64,000 nt of DNA. It comes from Clostridia bacterium (GTDB taxonomy: Bacteria; Bacillota; Clostridia; UMGS1840). Numbering within the stretch: position 1 is the first letter of the stretch; each line of letters starts with the position of its first letter. Both the position numbers and the translations under genes were made by a program. Positions 19,980 to 29,910 of this stretch are shown one piece after another. The notes under the pieces are model-generated. The model searched no databases and had not been told where the DNA came from. It saw nothing but the letters and a program-made list of their open reading frames with translations. The stretch covers positions 2,490 through 66,489 of the forward strand of contig JAZQKB010000034.1 in the NCBI GenBank assembly GCA_045541975.1, read 5' to 3'.

Positions 19980-20008
19980 TTGACGGAGCAAAAAAATCAT
20001 ATTATAAT
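19980..20008 (+). promoter_or_regulatory. Sigma-A-type promoter
   Basis: TTGACG - 17 nt - TATAAT, about 90 nt upstream of the 20100 gene. Confidence 0.55.
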
Positions 20009-20099
20009 AAAAATGTATTTTGTAAGAAATGGAAACGAACCTTTTTTAGTTAAATTCGTCTAAAAGACATCAAAACAGGTAAGAAAGGAGACGAATTTT

Positions 20100-22169
20100 A
20101 TGAAACCATCTTCATTTGTATCGAAAATCACTGCAATGCTACTCCTTCTTTTGCAGATGATTTCCATCACCGGCTTTGCCAGTGACTCCAATCATTGGGA
20201 AACTACATACAGTCCGTTATCGGGCGTTTGGGTAAAAACAGTATCCACCATTGAAAACGGTGGCTTCTTTAACTACCAGGTGGTAACCTGCGACTTGTCT
20301 AACCCGAATATTGCCCTGGACTTACTTTATCCCGCTGAAGGGGGAAACACCTTAAAACCGACCCGTGAAATCGGAAAAGAAAACGGGGCAGCAGTCATCA
20401 TCAATGCCGACTACTTTAACCGTTCCAACGGAGCAAATGAAGGCTCTGCCGTGGGTTATAACCAAAAGGATGGCAAACTCCTCTCCAACGCTTTGGAAGA
20501 GCAGGTTTATTCATTCTCCTACAAAGATGACCATCAGTTTTCCTTCGATATTTTCTCCAATCAGATTAAAATTGGATTCCGGGATGAAGTGTTTGAATTT
20601 GTGAAAACCTACAATAAATACTCCTCCCTGGAGGGTGTGGCAATTTTCGACAGTCACTGGGGAAAAGAATCCTTAGGATCAGAAGGAACTTTGGTAGAAC
20701 TGGTGATCAAAGACAATGTATTAACCGAAATCCGAAGAGACATGCCTCCGGTAGCAATTCCTGAAAACGGGTTTGTGTTAGCCGGGTTGTCCGATTTAAC
20801 CACCCTGTTTGATCAGGTGCAGGTGGGTGATCAAGTAACCCTGGAAGTGATTACCACTCCCGAGCTTTCCTTTTTGCCTGACTTCACGGTAGGCGGTGGT
20901 TCTCTTCTGGTAGAACAGGGAGAAATTGTGGAAACAATGTCTTATCCGAAAACCTCTTCCTCCTTCCCTGCCATCGGAATTTCCGAAGATGGGAAAACGC
21001 TTTGGATGATTACCGTTGTGAATCAAAACGGGCTGAATTTAAAGCGAATGGCAGAGCTTTGCAAACAGCAGGGTGCTTATTATGCAATGGCGTTGGACGG
21101 TGGCGGTTCTACCCAATGTGCAGTCAAAAACAATGTAACCGGCGAACTGGAATATATTCATCCGTTATCTTCCGGCTATGAACGTGCCATTGCCAACGGT
21201 GTGGGCATCCTGACGCAGAACCCAAATCCCAAGGCATACGGAATCCTTGTGGAAGATGCTGTGATATTTCAAAATGTTCCCAAAAAAATCGGATATACCG
21301 TTTATGACGAAAACGGAGACCCTATGGAAGTGAAATCCTCTAAGGTCAAATTTTCGCTGCAAAACGAAAACGGACGGGTAGAAAACGGTTTTTACTATGG
21401 AGAAACTGTTTCCACAGAACCCTTGATTATCGAATATGAGGACGCTCTTTCGGAATGTGAAATCAAAACGGTTGCTCCAGCTCTTTACGCCACAAAAAAT
21501 AAAGACGGCACCTACACCGCAATCAACGGAGAAGGCTACCAGCTTGTGATCACTGCAGAAGAATACCAAAAAAGCCGTAATATCACTTTAGTGGACGAAC
21601 TTCCCCAAGTGGATGTGATGGCAGACAATTTAGGACTTCCCGAAACCTTGAATCTTTACGGTGGAAGCGCAAATTATCAAACACTTTGGAACCGTTTGTT
21701 AACGGTGAATGTTTTAAACAAATCCAACCGCACCATTTATCCGTTCCAAACAGACCGGATTGAAAACGATTGGATTGAAATTGTCACCTTAGACAATCTG
21801 GAGGGGCAGATTTTAAACAAACGGATGACCGAATGGAACCGTTTTCTGGATACCTTAAATACTGAAAAGAACAACATCATTATCTGTCTGGAGGATCCCA
21901 TTTCCTTCTCCAGAAAGCAGGAAGCAGAACTGTTTTTCTCTTTGATTTCCAAGGCACGCTATCAGGGCAAAAACATCCTGGTAATACACCGTGGTGAAAA
22001 AACAGAATTAATATCCCTAAAAGACGGCGTTCGGGTGCTTTCTGTTGCTTATGACACCACGAAGCCGGAGAATCTTTTTAAAACACCTACAGAATTTATT
22101 AAAATTCACTACAACAAAAACCAAATGACCTATGAACTTGTGTCAAATCAAGTCTTTTACGAAAACTAA
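20100..22169 (+). CDS. Secreted phosphodiester glycosidase family protein (NAGPA/DUF2233-like)
   Basis: Signal peptide, with AVIINADYFN and AMALDGGGSTQ motifs typical of the family. Long C-terminal extension of unknown function. Confidence 0.7.
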   Translation: MKPSSFVSKITAMLLLLLQMISITGFASDSNHWETTYSPLSGVWVKTVSTIENGGFFNYQVVTCDLSNPNIALDLLYPAEGGNTLKPTREIGKENGAAVIINADYFNRSNGANEGSAVGYNQKDGKLLSNALEEQVYSFSYKDDHQFSFDIFSNQIKIGFRDEVFEFVKTYNKYSSLEGVAIFDSHWGKESLGSEGTLVELVIKDNVLTEIRRDMPPVAIPENGFVLAGLSDLTTLFDQVQVGDQVTLEVITTPELSFLPDFTVGGGSLLVEQGEIVETMSYPKTSSSFPAIGISEDGKTLWMITVVNQNGLNLKRMAELCKQQGAYYAMALDGGGSTQCAVKNNVTGELEYIHPLSSGYERAIANGVGILTQNPNPKAYGILVEDAVIFQNVPKKIGYTVYDENGDPMEVKSSKVKFSLQNENGRVENGFYYGETVSTEPLIIEYEDALSECEIKTVAPALYATKNKDGTYTAINGEGYQLVITAEEYQKSRNITLVDELPQVDVMADNLGLPETLNLYGGSANYQTLWNRLLTVNVLNKSNRTIYPFQTDRIENDWIEIVTLDNLEGQILNKRMTEWNRFLDTLNTEKNNIIICLEDPISFSRKQEAELFFSLISKARYQGKNILVIHRGEKTELISLKDGVRVLSVAYDTTKPENLFKTPTEFIKIHYNKNQMTYELVSNQVFYEN

Positions 22170-22190
22170 CTTTTGTTAGGAGTATTCTTT

Positions 22191-22811
22191 ATGGACAAAC
22201 GGCCGCTTCATCTTGTTTATGTGGCAATCCTTATGAATCTTGGTTTGTTTTGGGCAGCTTATCAACTTAGGCTGCCCTTTTTGGCGTACCACACGGGAAC
22301 CGTATATGTGACCGCATTACTGGGTGCAACCGGTGGCATCTTAGCTGCTATCGTAACATTTTTGGCGCTGGCCTGTTTCTATTTTGGAAGTTCCTACGCC
22401 TGGTTTCTGCTGGGAGGGATTTGCATTGCAACCCTGGTGGGAGAACAGCTAAAAAAAGAAACCCGTCACAAAAGCTGGGCTTTTGTAACGGGTGAAATCT
22501 TTTTGATTGAGGCATTCTGCCATATTTTATTTACCATTTCATTTCGGTACTGCGTTCCCTTCGACATTTTAGGACAACCCATTTTCTATGCGCTTTTACC
22601 CAAAATGAACCGGGTATTTGCTACGATGATTGCCGGAACGGTAGTGTCTTTGCTGACTGCTCTTCTGACAGTGGGTTGCGCCACGGTATGTATTCTTTGC
22701 ACGCCAAAGCGACTGATTGTATCAAAAGAAGAACTCAAAAAAGAAGAAGCAAAGACGAAAGAAAGACCGTTAAAAAAGAAGCGCCTTCAGCGCAAGAAGA
22801 ACCAGGATTGA
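22191..22811 (+). CDS. Polytopic membrane protein of unknown function with a Lys-rich C-terminal tail
   Basis: Five to six hydrophobic segments. Start moved to ATG 22191 behind AGGAG. The 3' end overlaps the convergent mntP by 42 nt. Confidence 0.55.
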   Translation: MDKRPLHLVYVAILMNLGLFWAAYQLRLPFLAYHTGTVYVTALLGATGGILAAIVTFLALACFYFGSSYAWFLLGGICIATLVGEQLKKETRHKSWAFVTGEIFLIEAFCHILFTISFRYCVPFDILGQPIFYALLPKMNRVFATMIAGTVVSLLTALLTVGCATVCILCTPKRLIVSKEELKKEEAKTKERPLKKKRLQRKKNQD

Positions 22812-23318
22812 ACCTCCTAGCACTTCTGCTTTTTTGCCAAGCATTTCACCGAATTTTTTCCCTAATAAAACGGCAAGAAAACTGCATAGAAAAGTGGTCA
22901 AGCAAATCATTGCTGCCGATGAGAAAATCGACACTTTCATACTGCAAAATGCAATCCCCACGGCAAACGCATCAATACTGGTAGCAATCGCCTGCATGAA
23001 AAGAACCCCGTAAGTCATTACGGTGGGTTCTTTTTTTTCCAGCTGTTCATGGCAGAGACCTTCCTTTAGCATTTTTGCTCCCAAAAAGCCTAAAATCAAG
23101 AAAATAATCAGTCCCGAATACTGCACCAGCCACTTAGAAAAGATACCGCCTGTGCAATATCCTAACATAGGCATCAATCCCTGGAAAATACCAAAGAAAA
23201 CAGGCATCATAAATTTTTTATCCTGCCCCATCCGATAGACCATACCATTGGTTAAGGACACGGCAACAGCATCCATACTAAGACCGATGCCAATCATAAT
23301 GATCTCTACTAAATTCAT
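22770..23318 (-). CDS. mntP: Manganese efflux pump MntP
   Basis: GIGLSMDAVAVSL and ATSIDAFAVGI duplicated motifs, six TM segments. Confidence 0.85.
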   Translation of the reverse strand: MNLVEIIMIGIGLSMDAVAVSLTNGMVYRMGQDKKFMMPVFFGIFQGLMPMLGYCTGGIFSKWLVQYSGLIIFLILGFLGAKMLKEGLCHEQLEKKEPTVMTYGVLFMQAIATSIDAFAVGIAFCSMKVSIFSSAAMICLTTFLCSFLAVLLGKKFGEMLGKKAEVLGGSILVLLALKALLF

Positions 23319-23329
23319 ATGTATCCCTT

Positions 23330-24214
23330 TTATTCCACATCGGATAACCCGAAGGTGCGGATTTTATAAATATTGTTTCGCCAATCACGGTTCACTTTCA
23401 CCCAAAGCTCTAAGTGAACCTTTTTTTGATATTTTTTCTCTAATTCTTCCCGTGCCATGGTGCCGATTTTCTTTAGGAAGGACCCTTCCTTCCCAATGAT
23501 AATCCGTTTGTGGCTATCCTTTTCGCAATAGATGTTCACACCGCATTTTAACAGATTCTTTGTTTCTTCCATCTGCACGGTTTCTAATGCTAACCCGTGA
23601 GGAATTTCTTCATTTAACAGTTTTAGAAGCTTTTCACGAATGATTTCGCAAATCTGCATCCTGGGATCGGTGTCAGTTTTCATATCTTCGGGATAGAAAA
23701 AGGGCCCTTCCACCAGATGATCTTTTAAAATGCTGACTAAAAGGTCTACACCGTCCCGCTTTAGGGCAGAAACAGGCACCACTTCGATAAAATCATACAA
23801 TTTGGAATATTCCAAAATCACGGGAAGCAGTTTTTCCTTGGGAATCGTGTCAATTTTATTTAAAACTAAAATTGTAGGAATCTTATTTTTCTTAAAATTT
23901 TCGATAATTTTCTTTTCAATGTCACCGGGGAAACGGGGTTCTGCCACCAAAACGGTTACATCACAGTCTGCCACCGCACCGTTTGCCGCCGACATCATTT
24001 CTTCCCCTAAACGGGTTTTGGGGGTATGAATACCGGGAGTATCGGTAAATACAATCTGATCGTCCCCTTGGGTTAAAATCCCCACAATCCGGTTACGAGT
24101 AGTCTGGGAACGGTAAGACACAATTGCCACCTTTTCTCCGATGATGGTATTTAGTAAGGTGGATTTCCCCGTGTTGGGACGCCCCACCAAGGCAACAAAG
24201 CCTGATCTTGTCAT
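23330..24214 (-). CDS. era: GTPase Era
   Basis: GRPNTGKSTL (G1), DTPG (G3), NKID (G4) and a C-terminal KH domain. Confidence 0.95.
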   Translation of the reverse strand: MTRSGFVALVGRPNTGKSTLLNTIIGEKVAIVSYRSQTTRNRIVGILTQGDDQIVFTDTPGIHTPKTRLGEEMMSAANGAVADCDVTVLVAEPRFPGDIEKKIIENFKKNKIPTILVLNKIDTIPKEKLLPVILEYSKLYDFIEVVPVSALKRDGVDLLVSILKDHLVEGPFFYPEDMKTDTDPRMQICEIIREKLLKLLNEEIPHGLALETVQMEETKNLLKCGVNIYCEKDSHKRIIIGKEGSFLKKIGTMAREELEKKYQKKVHLELWVKVNRDWRNNIYKIRTFGLSDVE

Positions 24215-24303
24215 AGTGTATCTCTCCGTTTTTCGGTTTTTTGGTCTGTGCTTTTCATCTAATCTATTTTCACTAAGGTGCAGAGAAAGGGATGCATAAT
24301 GGG

Positions 24304-24367
24304 GAAACCGAACCCGTTAGGGGTTACCCGAAGGCGTACCCGAGTGTACGCCGAGTGGAGAGGTTTC
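24304..24367. ncRNA. Candidate structured RNA element: GC-rich three-way junction (strand and function unknown)
   Basis: P1 gaaacc/ggtttc (24304-09 / 24362-67). P2 aaccc/gggtt (24311-15 / 24321-25). P3 ggcgtac/gtacgcc (24333-39 / 24346-52). All three are perfect helices in an otherwise AT-rich spacer. Confidence 0.3.
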
Positions 24368-24386
24368 AACCATTAGGAGCGATTTT

Positions 24387-25733
24387 TCAAGCCATAAAAG
24401 AAACGTATGCGCGATAGGCTTCATAGATGTCTGCCTTGTGAGCAATTTCATAAGGTGCGTGCATAGACAGTAGGGCCACACCGGCGTCAATTACATCGGC
24501 GCCAAGGTTTGCAATATACTGGGCAACGGTTCCACCGCCGCCTTCGTCTACTTTGCCAAGTTCTGCAAACTGATAAGCAATGTCATTTTCATCAAAAATG
24601 TTGCGGATATAGGCAACCAGCTCCGCACTTGCTTCGGAGGAGCCACCTTTTCCACGGGAGCCGGTGTAACGAAGCAGGGTTAAGCCACATCCAAAGATGG
24701 GAGAATTTTGCTTTTCGTATACTTCTGCATACATAGGATCGTATGCTGCTGCCACATCGGAGGATAGACACATAGTTTTTGCCATCACTTGATTGATACG
24801 AACATTCGGTTTTAATTCTTCTAAGAAATATTCTAAAAATTTGGACTGCATGCCGGAGTTTCCCATACTGCCCACTTCTTCACGGTCAGCCAGTAATACC
24901 ACTGCTGTTTTCTTGGGAGCATTGGTTTCAAGCAAGCCGCAAAAAGCGGTGTAGGCACAAACTCTGTCATCGTGACCGTAGGCAGCAACCATACTTCTGT
25001 CAAAGCCTAAATCACGGGCAGCCCCCTGAGGCACCACTTCAATTTCTGCAGAATAGAAATCTTCTTCGGTAATGCCGTAGGTTTCTTCTAAAATTTTTAA
25101 TAAAGCAGTTTTTACTTCATCGCTTTCTGCATCCAAATCAGGATTGGAACCGGATAACACCATCAGTTTTTCACCGGGGATGCCTTCGGTCATTTTCTGA
25201 GTCATCTGTTTGGATGCCAAGTGAGGTAATAAATCAGTTACCATAAAAATGGGGTCGTTTTCTCCGTCACCAATAGCAATTTTTACAGTTTCGCCGTTTT
25301 TCTTTACTACAACACCGTACAATGCCAGAGGAGTTGCCACCCACTGATACTTTTTGATACCGCCATAGTAATGGGTGCGAAGATAGGAAAAACCGCCTTC
25401 TTCGGTCACCGGTGCCGGTTTTAAGTCCAGACGGGGCGAATCAATGTGTGCGGCAACCAAATTGATACCACATTCTAAGTCTTCTTCCCCGATAACCGCA
25501 AACACAGCGGAACGGTTTTTATTGATATAATACACTTTGTCACCGGGTTTTAAGACTTTTTGATCAGCAATATTCAAAAAACCGTTTTCTTTGGCTTTGG
25601 TTTCAAAATACTCCACGCATAAACGCTCAGTTTTTGCAGTGGTTAAAAAAGCTTTGTAACCTTCTGCGAAGGCTTCTGCTTTTGCCTGATAGTCGGTACC
25701 CTGATGTTTTTTAAATAAGTGTTCTTTTTTCAT
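24387..25733 (-). CDS. M18-family aminopeptidase
   Basis: AAHIDSPRLDLKP, YGHDDRVC and LADREEVGS motifs. Confidence 0.7.
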   Translation of the reverse strand: MKKEHLFKKHQGTDYQAKAEAFAEGYKAFLTTAKTERLCVEYFETKAKENGFLNIADQKVLKPGDKVYYINKNRSAVFAVIGEEDLECGINLVAAHIDSPRLDLKPAPVTEEGGFSYLRTHYYGGIKKYQWVATPLALYGVVVKKNGETVKIAIGDGENDPIFMVTDLLPHLASKQMTQKMTEGIPGEKLMVLSGSNPDLDAESDEVKTALLKILEETYGITEEDFYSAEIEVVPQGAARDLGFDRSMVAAYGHDDRVCAYTAFCGLLETNAPKKTAVVLLADREEVGSMGNSGMQSKFLEYFLEELKPNVRINQVMAKTMCLSSDVAAAYDPMYAEVYEKQNSPIFGCGLTLLRYTGSRGKGGSSEASAELVAYIRNIFDENDIAYQFAELGKVDEGGGGTVAQYIANLGADVIDAGVALLSMHAPYEIAHKADIYEAYRAYVSFMA

Positions 25734-25752
25734 AGTTTGGCACTTCTCTTTC

Positions 25753-26313
25753 TTACAGAATGCTAGCTAGCATTCCATCAATTTTTTGGTAGAACTCGGG
25801 GAGAGTTCCATTATTTTCCAGTATGAAATCTGCTGTTTCGTACTGCTCTTGTGCATGGATTCGTTTATTGGCTTCTTCTTCTGACAAAAAATCTCTTGCC
25901 ATAATCCGCTTCAGGGTGGCATTGCTTGTTACTGCCACAGTTTTATCGCACAGATTTACAATATCGGTAGCATAAAGCACTGCCCCTTCAATCACGATAT
26001 GTTTGTTCGGTTGACTTTGAATTTGCGCTTTCACTTCTGCGGTGATTAAGGGATGGGTTATCGCATTTAGTTTTGCCAGTGCCTCAGGATGGGAAAACAC
26101 GTAGTCCCCCAGTTTTCTGCGATTTAAGGTACCGTCACAATTGAAATACTCTGCTCCGAAGGTTTCGATCACTTGGGAAAGCCCAATTTTGCCGGGCATT
26201 AAGATTTCACGGCTGATTTTATCTCCGTTAATCACATAAAACCCCTTGGTGCGAAGGTAGTTACAAAAGGTAGTTTTTCCACTTCCGATTCTGCCGTAAA
26301 CACCGATAATCAT
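25753..26313 (-). CDS. coaE: Dephospho-CoA kinase
   Basis: GRIGSGKTT P-loop, about 190 aa, family pattern. Confidence 0.85.
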   Translation of the reverse strand: MIIGVYGRIGSGKTTFCNYLRTKGFYVINGDKISREILMPGKIGLSQVIETFGAEYFNCDGTLNRRKLGDYVFSHPEALAKLNAITHPLITAEVKAQIQSQPNKHIVIEGAVLYATDIVNLCDKTVAVTSNATLKRIMARDFLSEEEANKRIHAQEQYETADFILENNGTLPEFYQKIDGMLASIL

Positions 26314-26327
26314 ACCAACAGTTCACC

Positions 26328-27671
26328 TCATTCAGCCAATGCCGCTTTGATGGCAATAGCACATTCTACACGCTTTTTCTGCATCTGACAAGCGATGTCG
26401 TAAGGTTTGTATAAGTCTTTTTCGTATTTTAAAGAGCTTGCACTGCAACCTGCACTGCAATAGAATTTTGCAAAACAGGTATCGCAACCCTTCACGGTGT
26501 AAATATCACGGTCACGGAAGGCTTCTGGCATTTCGTAGGTGCCGTCTAACACGTTCCCGATTTTGTATTCGGGTTCATCGGCAAACTGATGGCAGGGAAA
26601 AATGTCACCGGAGGGAGTGACCGCCGCATATTCGCAACCGGCTCCACAACCGGAAATACGGCGGAGTGCACAAGGACCGTTATCTAAATCAATCATAAAA
26701 TGGAAGAAATTAAAGCGGTTTTCGCCGGATTTTTCCCGTTTGATGATTTCTTCTGCCAGCTTTTCATACTCGGCAAAAATTTCGGGTAAGTCCTCATAGC
26801 CGATTGCCATGGGAGATTTTTCGTCTAAGGTAACAGGCTCCACAGAAATCTGTTTGAAGCCTAAATCTGCAAGATGAAGCACATCCTTGGTGAAATCCTT
26901 GTTATCCTTGGTAAAGGTGCCACGGATGTAGTAATCCATTTGCTTTCTGTCATTGGCAATTTTGATAAATTTGTCAATGACTTTATCGTAAGTGCCTTCT
27001 CCTGACACGGTTTTACGGTTTTTATCGTGAATCTCTTTTCGACCGTCGCAGGAGAGGACAATATTATCCATGTTTTTATTTACATACGCCATCTGGTCTT
27101 CATCAATTAACAGACCGTTGGTGGTGATGGTGAAGCGGAAATGCTTGCCGTGTTTTAAGCCTTGTTCTCTGGCATAGGCAACCGTTTTCTTTACCACATC
27201 AAAATTGAGCATAGGCTCGCCGCCAAAAAAGTCAATTTCAATATTTTTTCTGTTCTGAGAATGCGCAATTACAAAGTCGATTGCCTTTTTGGCAACCTCT
27301 AAGGGCATAATGCTTCGTACCCCGTGAAATGCCCCCGTTCCTGCAAAACAGTAACGGCATCTTAAATCACAATCGTGCGCCATATGAAGGCACAGCGCCT
27401 TTACCGGGGGAGTTTTCGTTTTGGCATCCCGGAAGGGTTTATAAATATCGTGGGAATATAAGGTCCCCTCTTTTTTTAATTCTAAAATTTCCGATACGGC
27501 TTCCGATAAAATTTCTTCGGAATACTTAGCTTTTACCTCCTCAGAAATCTTGGTTTCATCAAAATCGTGTTCGCCAAGTAAGTCATACACGGCGTCGGAA
27601 ACCACGTGTACCGAACCGGAATAAATATCCAGTACAATATTATTCCCGAATAACTGATATTTATGTATCAT
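26328..27671 (-). CDS. scfB: Radical SAM/SPASM thioether-forming SCIFF peptide maturase
   Basis: MIHKYQLFGNNIVLDIYSGSVHVVSD N-terminus, CDLRCRYC radical SAM motif, SPASM Cys clusters (GCGAGCEYAAVTPSGDIFPCHQF, CFAKFYCSAGCSASS) and the C-terminus RVECAIAIKAALAE. Confidence 0.8.
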   Translation of the reverse strand: MIHKYQLFGNNIVLDIYSGSVHVVSDAVYDLLGEHDFDETKISEEVKAKYSEEILSEAVSEILELKKEGTLYSHDIYKPFRDAKTKTPPVKALCLHMAHDCDLRCRYCFAGTGAFHGVRSIMPLEVAKKAIDFVIAHSQNRKNIEIDFFGGEPMLNFDVVKKTVAYAREQGLKHGKHFRFTITTNGLLIDEDQMAYVNKNMDNIVLSCDGRKEIHDKNRKTVSGEGTYDKVIDKFIKIANDRKQMDYYIRGTFTKDNKDFTKDVLHLADLGFKQISVEPVTLDEKSPMAIGYEDLPEIFAEYEKLAEEIIKREKSGENRFNFFHFMIDLDNGPCALRRISGCGAGCEYAAVTPSGDIFPCHQFADEPEYKIGNVLDGTYEMPEAFRDRDIYTVKGCDTCFAKFYCSAGCSASSLKYEKDLYKPYDIACQMQKKRVECAIAIKAALAE

Positions 27672-27686
27672 TTTGGTTTCTCCTCT

Positions 27687-28190
27687 TTATTTCCAATCGT
27701 ATTTGGTGAGCTTTCCTTCCAGACGGAAGTGGGAAAACCCGTCCTGACGGAAGGCTTCATACGCCACTATTGCAACCGAATTGGAAAGATTTAAACTCCG
27801 GATTTCCCCGATCATAGGAATCCGAAGGCAGGTTTCTTGGTTTTCTAACAAAATCTCTTCGGGGATTCCTGCAGTTTCTTTCCCGAAAATGAGATAACAG
27901 CCATCTTCAAAGCTGGCTTCCGAATAATCACGGGGTGCTTTGGTGGTTAAGTAATACATTTTTTTCTGATTTTTTTGATTCTTTTCATAAAAATCAGCAA
28001 TGCTGTCGTAATAGGTGATATCCACATCGTGCCAGTAGTCCAGTCCTGCCCGCTTCAGCTTTTTATCGTCTATGGTGAAGCCCATAGGTCCGACCAGATG
28101 GAGCTTTGCTCCCGTTGCGGCACAGGTACGGGCAATGTTTCCCGTATTCTGCGGAATTTCCGGCTCAAATAACACAATATTTAACGTCAT
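27687..28190 (-). CDS. trmL: tRNA (cytidine/uridine34-2'-O)-methyltransferase, SpoU family
   Basis: LNIVLFEPEIPQNTGNIARTC and RSLNLSNSVAIVAYEA motifs. Confidence 0.85.
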   Translation of the reverse strand: MTLNIVLFEPEIPQNTGNIARTCAATGAKLHLVGPMGFTIDDKKLKRAGLDYWHDVDITYYDSIADFYEKNQKNQKKMYYLTTKAPRDYSEASFEDGCYLIFGKETAGIPEEILLENQETCLRIPMIGEIRSLNLSNSVAIVAYEAFRQDGFSHFRLEGKLTKYDWK

Positions 28191-28207
28191 GTTTTGTTCC
28201 TTCTTTT

Positions 28208-29392
28208 TTACAAATGCTTTTTGGCAAAAGCTTCCAGTCGCTTTAACGCCTTTTTGATATTATCCTGAGAATAGGCATAAGAAATTCGCACATAGCCTTC
28301 CCCCGAATCCCCAAACGCCGTGCCCGGAACTACCGCAAGGTGCTGTTCTGTGAGCAAGGTCTGGCAAAAATCTTCGGAAGTCATCTTAAATTTCTCAATG
28401 GAGGGAAACACATAAAATGCTCCGTAGGGATTAAAGCAGGTCATTCCCATGGCATTTAAGGAATCCACCAAAAATTTCCGGCGAATGTTGTATTCTTCCT
28501 TCATTCGCTCAATATCTGCTCTGCCGTGTTTTAATGCTTCAATTGCCGCATACTGGGAAAACGTGGGTGCAGACATAATGCCGTACTGATGAATCTTTAA
28601 AATGGCGGAAAGCACATCGGGATGAGCGCAGGCAAATCCCAGTCGCCAACCGGTCATAGCAAAGGCTTTGGAAAAGCCGTTGATCACTACGGTTCTGTCC
28701 CGCATTCCGTCAAAGGTGGCAATGGAAACATGTTTGCCGGTGTAGGTCAGTTCTGAGTAGATTTCATCGGAAATGACCATCAGATTATTCTCTTTAATGA
28801 TAGGTACAATCTGAGATAAATCCTCCTCGGTCATAATACCGCCGGTGGGATTGTTGGGATATGGCAATACCAATAATTTTGTTTTATCGGTAATCGCATT
28901 TTTTAAAAGTTCAGGGGTTAATTTAAACCCGTCCTCCGCCTTAGTTTCAATGGAAACGGGAACTCCGCCTGCCAAAATGGTGCAGGGCTTGTAACACACA
29001 AAGCTGGGTTCCGGAATCAGCACTTCATCGCCGGGAGAAACCAGCGCACGAAGTGCCGCATCTAAAGCTTCAGATGCACCAACCGTCACCACGATTTCGT
29101 TTTCGGGATGATAGGATACATGAATGGTTTCTTCCATATATTTTGCAATTTCACGACGCAATTCCAAAAGTCCTGCGTTGGCGGTGTAGTGGGTGCGTCC
29201 CTTTTCCAAAGATTTAACCGCCTCGGAACGAATATGCCAGGGAGTGACAAAATCAGGCTCCCCGACTCCTAAGGAAATCACATCGTCCATGGTTGCCGCA
29301 ATATCAAAAAAGCGGCGAATCCCCGAGGGCGGAATATCTCTTACCTGCTGATTCACAAAGTCAATGGGATGAAATTCTTTCGCAGTTTTCAT
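28208..29392 (-). CDS. PLP-dependent class I/II aminotransferase
   Basis: SKAFAMTGWRLG PLP-lysine motif and NPTG motif. TAATG coupling to the upstream AsnC-type regulator. Confidence 0.85.
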   Translation of the reverse strand: MKTAKEFHPIDFVNQQVRDIPPSGIRRFFDIAATMDDVISLGVGEPDFVTPWHIRSEAVKSLEKGRTHYTANAGLLELRREIAKYMEETIHVSYHPENEIVVTVGASEALDAALRALVSPGDEVLIPEPSFVCYKPCTILAGGVPVSIETKAEDGFKLTPELLKNAITDKTKLLVLPYPNNPTGGIMTEEDLSQIVPIIKENNLMVISDEIYSELTYTGKHVSIATFDGMRDRTVVINGFSKAFAMTGWRLGFACAHPDVLSAILKIHQYGIMSAPTFSQYAAIEALKHGRADIERMKEEYNIRRKFLVDSLNAMGMTCFNPYGAFYVFPSIEKFKMTSEDFCQTLLTEQHLAVVPGTAFGDSGEGYVRISYAYSQDNIKKALKRLEAFAKKHL

Positions 29393-29877
29393 TATAGGGT
29401 AATCACCCTTTCGTCCTTGGGTTCTTCGGCGTATAATACGCCGTCTACTTTATAGTTTTTCAGCACAAAATGAGTGGCGGTGGAAACCACGGTATCCAAG
29501 GTGGACAGCTTTTCGCCCACAAACATGGCAACATCCTTCATAGAATTGCCCACCACGGTAACTGCTAAATCGTAGCCACCGCTCATTAAGGTGACACTTC
29601 TCACTTCCGGAAAGGCATAAATCTCTCTGGCAATTTTATCAAAGCCTTCTCCTTTTTGGGGAGTCACTTTCAGTTCAATGGTGGCAACCGTCAACTCGGG
29701 AGAAATTTTGTCCCAATTGATTAAGGTTTTGGTGCCTAAAATGATACCCTCATCCCGCAAGCGTGCAATTTCATTGGCAACTTGGGTTTCGTCTTCTGCC
29801 AAAAGTTCAGCAATGTCTTTGGCAGAATAGGTGGCATTTCGTTCTAAGAGATTTAAAATTTTACGGGTAAATTCCAT
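29392..29877 (-). CDS. AsnC/Lrp-family transcriptional regulator
   Basis: N-terminal HTH (NATYSAKDIAELLAEDETQVANEIARL) plus a C-terminal RAM-like domain. Confidence 0.8.
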   Translation of the reverse strand: MEFTRKILNLLERNATYSAKDIAELLAEDETQVANEIARLRDEGIILGTKTLINWDKISPELTVATIELKVTPQKGEGFDKIAREIYAFPEVRSVTLMSGGYDLAVTVVGNSMKDVAMFVGEKLSTLDTVVSTATHFVLKNYKVDGVLYAEEPKDERVITL

Positions 29878-29910
29878 AAAAATGCATCCTTTCTTTGGAA
29901 AAAAGATTGT

